Both the position numbers and the translations under genes were made by a program. The notes below the pieces were generated by a model that did not search any database, had not been told where the DNA came from, and worked only from the letters and a program-made list of their open reading frames with translations. Positions 62,105 through 64,000 of a stretch of 64,000 bases of DNA are shown one piece after another (positions within the stretch are counted from its first letter, which is position 1; each line of letters begins with the position of its first letter). This DNA comes from Okamejei kenojei (lineage: Eukaryota), in the NCBI GenBank assembly GCA_035221665.1, contig CM069133.1, positions 7,378,001-7,442,000 of the forward strand, written 5' to 3'.

Positions 62105-64000
62105 CGGGACCTTATCAAAGATAATTTTACTTGTCACATCCTCAAAAAATTCCAGAAGATTAGTCAAACATGATATTCCTTTCATAAATCCATGTTGACT
62201 TGGACTAATCCTTTTTACTGCTATCTAAATGCCCCATTATTACATAGAAACATAGGTGCAGAGGTAGGCCATTCGGCCCTTCGAGCCTGCACCGCCATTC
62301 AATATGATCATGGCTGATCATCCAACTCGGTATCCTGCACCTGCCTTCTCTCCATACCCCGATCCCTTTAGCCACAAGGGCCACAACCCCTTAAATATAG
62401 CCAATGAACTGGCCTCAACTACCTTCTGTGGCAGAGAATTCCAGAGACTCACCACTCTGTGTGAAAAATGTTTTCCTCATCTTGGTCCTAAAGGAATTCC
62501 CCCTTATTCTTAGACTGTGACACCCTTGTTCTGGACCTCCCCAACATTGGGAACAACCTTCTTGCATCTAGCCTATCCAACCACTTAAGAATTTTGTAAG
62601 TTACTATAAGATCCCCCCATCAGTCTTCTAAATTCTAGTGAGTGTAAGCCAAGTCTATCCAGTCTTTCCTCACATGAAAGTCCTGACATCCCAGGAATCA
62701 GTGTGGTGAACCTTCTCTGTACCCCCTCTATGGCAAGAATGTCTTTCCTCAGATTAGGAGACCAAAACTGTACGCAATACTCCAGGTGTGGCCTCACCAA
62801 GACCCTGTACAACTGCAGTCGAACCTCCCTGCTCTTGTACTCAAATCCTTTCGCTATGAATGCCAACATACCATTCGCTTTTTTCACTGCCTGCTGCACC
62901 TGCATGCCTACTTTCAATGACTGGTGTACCATGACACCCAGGTCTCGCTGAATCTCCCCTTTTCCTAATCGGCCACCATTCAGATAATAGTCTACCCTCC
63001 TGTTTTTGCCACCAAAGTGGATAACCTCACATTTATCCACATTATACTGCATCTACCATGCATTTGCCCACTCACCCAGCCTATCCAAGTCGCCTTGCAG
63101 CCTCCTAGCATCCTCCTCACACCTAACACTACCCCCCAGCTTCGTGTCATCCGCAAACTTGGAGATGTTGCATTCAATTCCCTTGTCCAAATCATTAATA
63201 TATATTATTAAAAGCTGGGGTCCCAGCACTGAGCCTTGCGGTACCCCACTAGTCACTGCCTGCCATTCTGAAAATGACCCATTCACTCCTACCCTTTGCT
63301 TCCTGTCTACCAGCCACATCAATACTGAACCCCCAATAACCTCTTTAATAATTGACTCCTGCATCTTTCCCACCACCGAAGTCGGGCTAACTGGTCTGTA
63401 ATTCCCCGTTTTCTCTCTCGCTCCTTTCTTGAAACATGGGATAACATTAACTATCCTCCAATCCACAGGAACTGATCCTGAATCTATTGAACATTGGAAA
63501 ATGATCACCAATGCGTCCACTATTTCTAGAGCCACCTCCCTGAGGACCCTGGGATGCAGACCATCAGGCCCAGGGGATTTATCATCTTTCAGTCCCATTA
63601 GCCTACCCAATACTATTTCTCACCTAATGAACATTTCTTTCAGTTCCTCTACCCCCTTAGATCCCCATGTCCCCAGTACATCTGGGAGATTGTTTGTGTC
63701 TTCCTTAGTGAAGACAGATCCGAAGTACCTGTTCAACTCTTCTGCCATTTCCTTGTTCCCCATAATAATTTCACCCGTGTCTGCCTTCAAGGGACCCACA
63801 TTTGACTTTGCTTTTTCCCTTAAATATCTAAAGAAGCTTTTACTGTTCTTCTTTATATTCCTGGCCAGCTTCCTCTCGTACTTCATCTTTTCAGCCTGTA
63901 TTGCCCGTTTTGTTTCCTTCTGTTGTCCTATGAAATTTTCCCAATCCTCTGGCTTCCGGCCACTCTTTGCTGTGTTATACATTTTTTCTTTTAGTCTTAT
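62105..64000 (-). mobile_element. Nested CR1 elements in the Cmu3-Cmu4 intron, running off the window
   Basis: ORFs 62585-63052, 63053-63610 and 63620-63982 carry CR1 ORF2 motifs; tail at ~62244. Confidence 0.9.

Overview
Vertebrate genomic DNA, almost certainly a cartilaginous fish; a skate or ray is inferred from the repeat content and Ig sequence. The only host gene I can support is a germline, unrearranged immunoglobulin heavy-chain cluster of IgM type on the + strand: leader 54155-54200, VH 54375-54676, D1 55091-55102, D2 55418-55425, JH 55820-55867, and Cmu1-Cmu3 at 59754-61971. Cmu4 and the secretory/TM exons lie beyond the window. RSS spacers are 23 / 12-22 / 12-12 / 23 and all exons are open with phase-1 GT-AG junctions. 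The upstream ~53 kb is mostly nested transposons: CR1 LINEs, two L1-clade LINEs, a Rex1/Babar-type LINE, Penelope-like relics with hammerhead-ribozyme cores, two DD34E Tc1 elements and four Helitron pieces. Most notable observations: (1) a ~155-bp inverted repeat in the J-Cmu intron with a perfect octamer in each arm, a candidate intronic enhancer; (2) a ~31-kb inverted duplication whose arms each preserve the empty sites of insertions in the other; (3) a Helitron family carrying a TATA-Inr-exon-splice donor module; (4) a VH with Trp41 replaced by Leu, a degenerate RSS nonamer and a CR1 splitting its promoter. All alignments were done by eye, so repeat boundaries are approximate unless a target-site duplication (TSD) or terminus is quoted.
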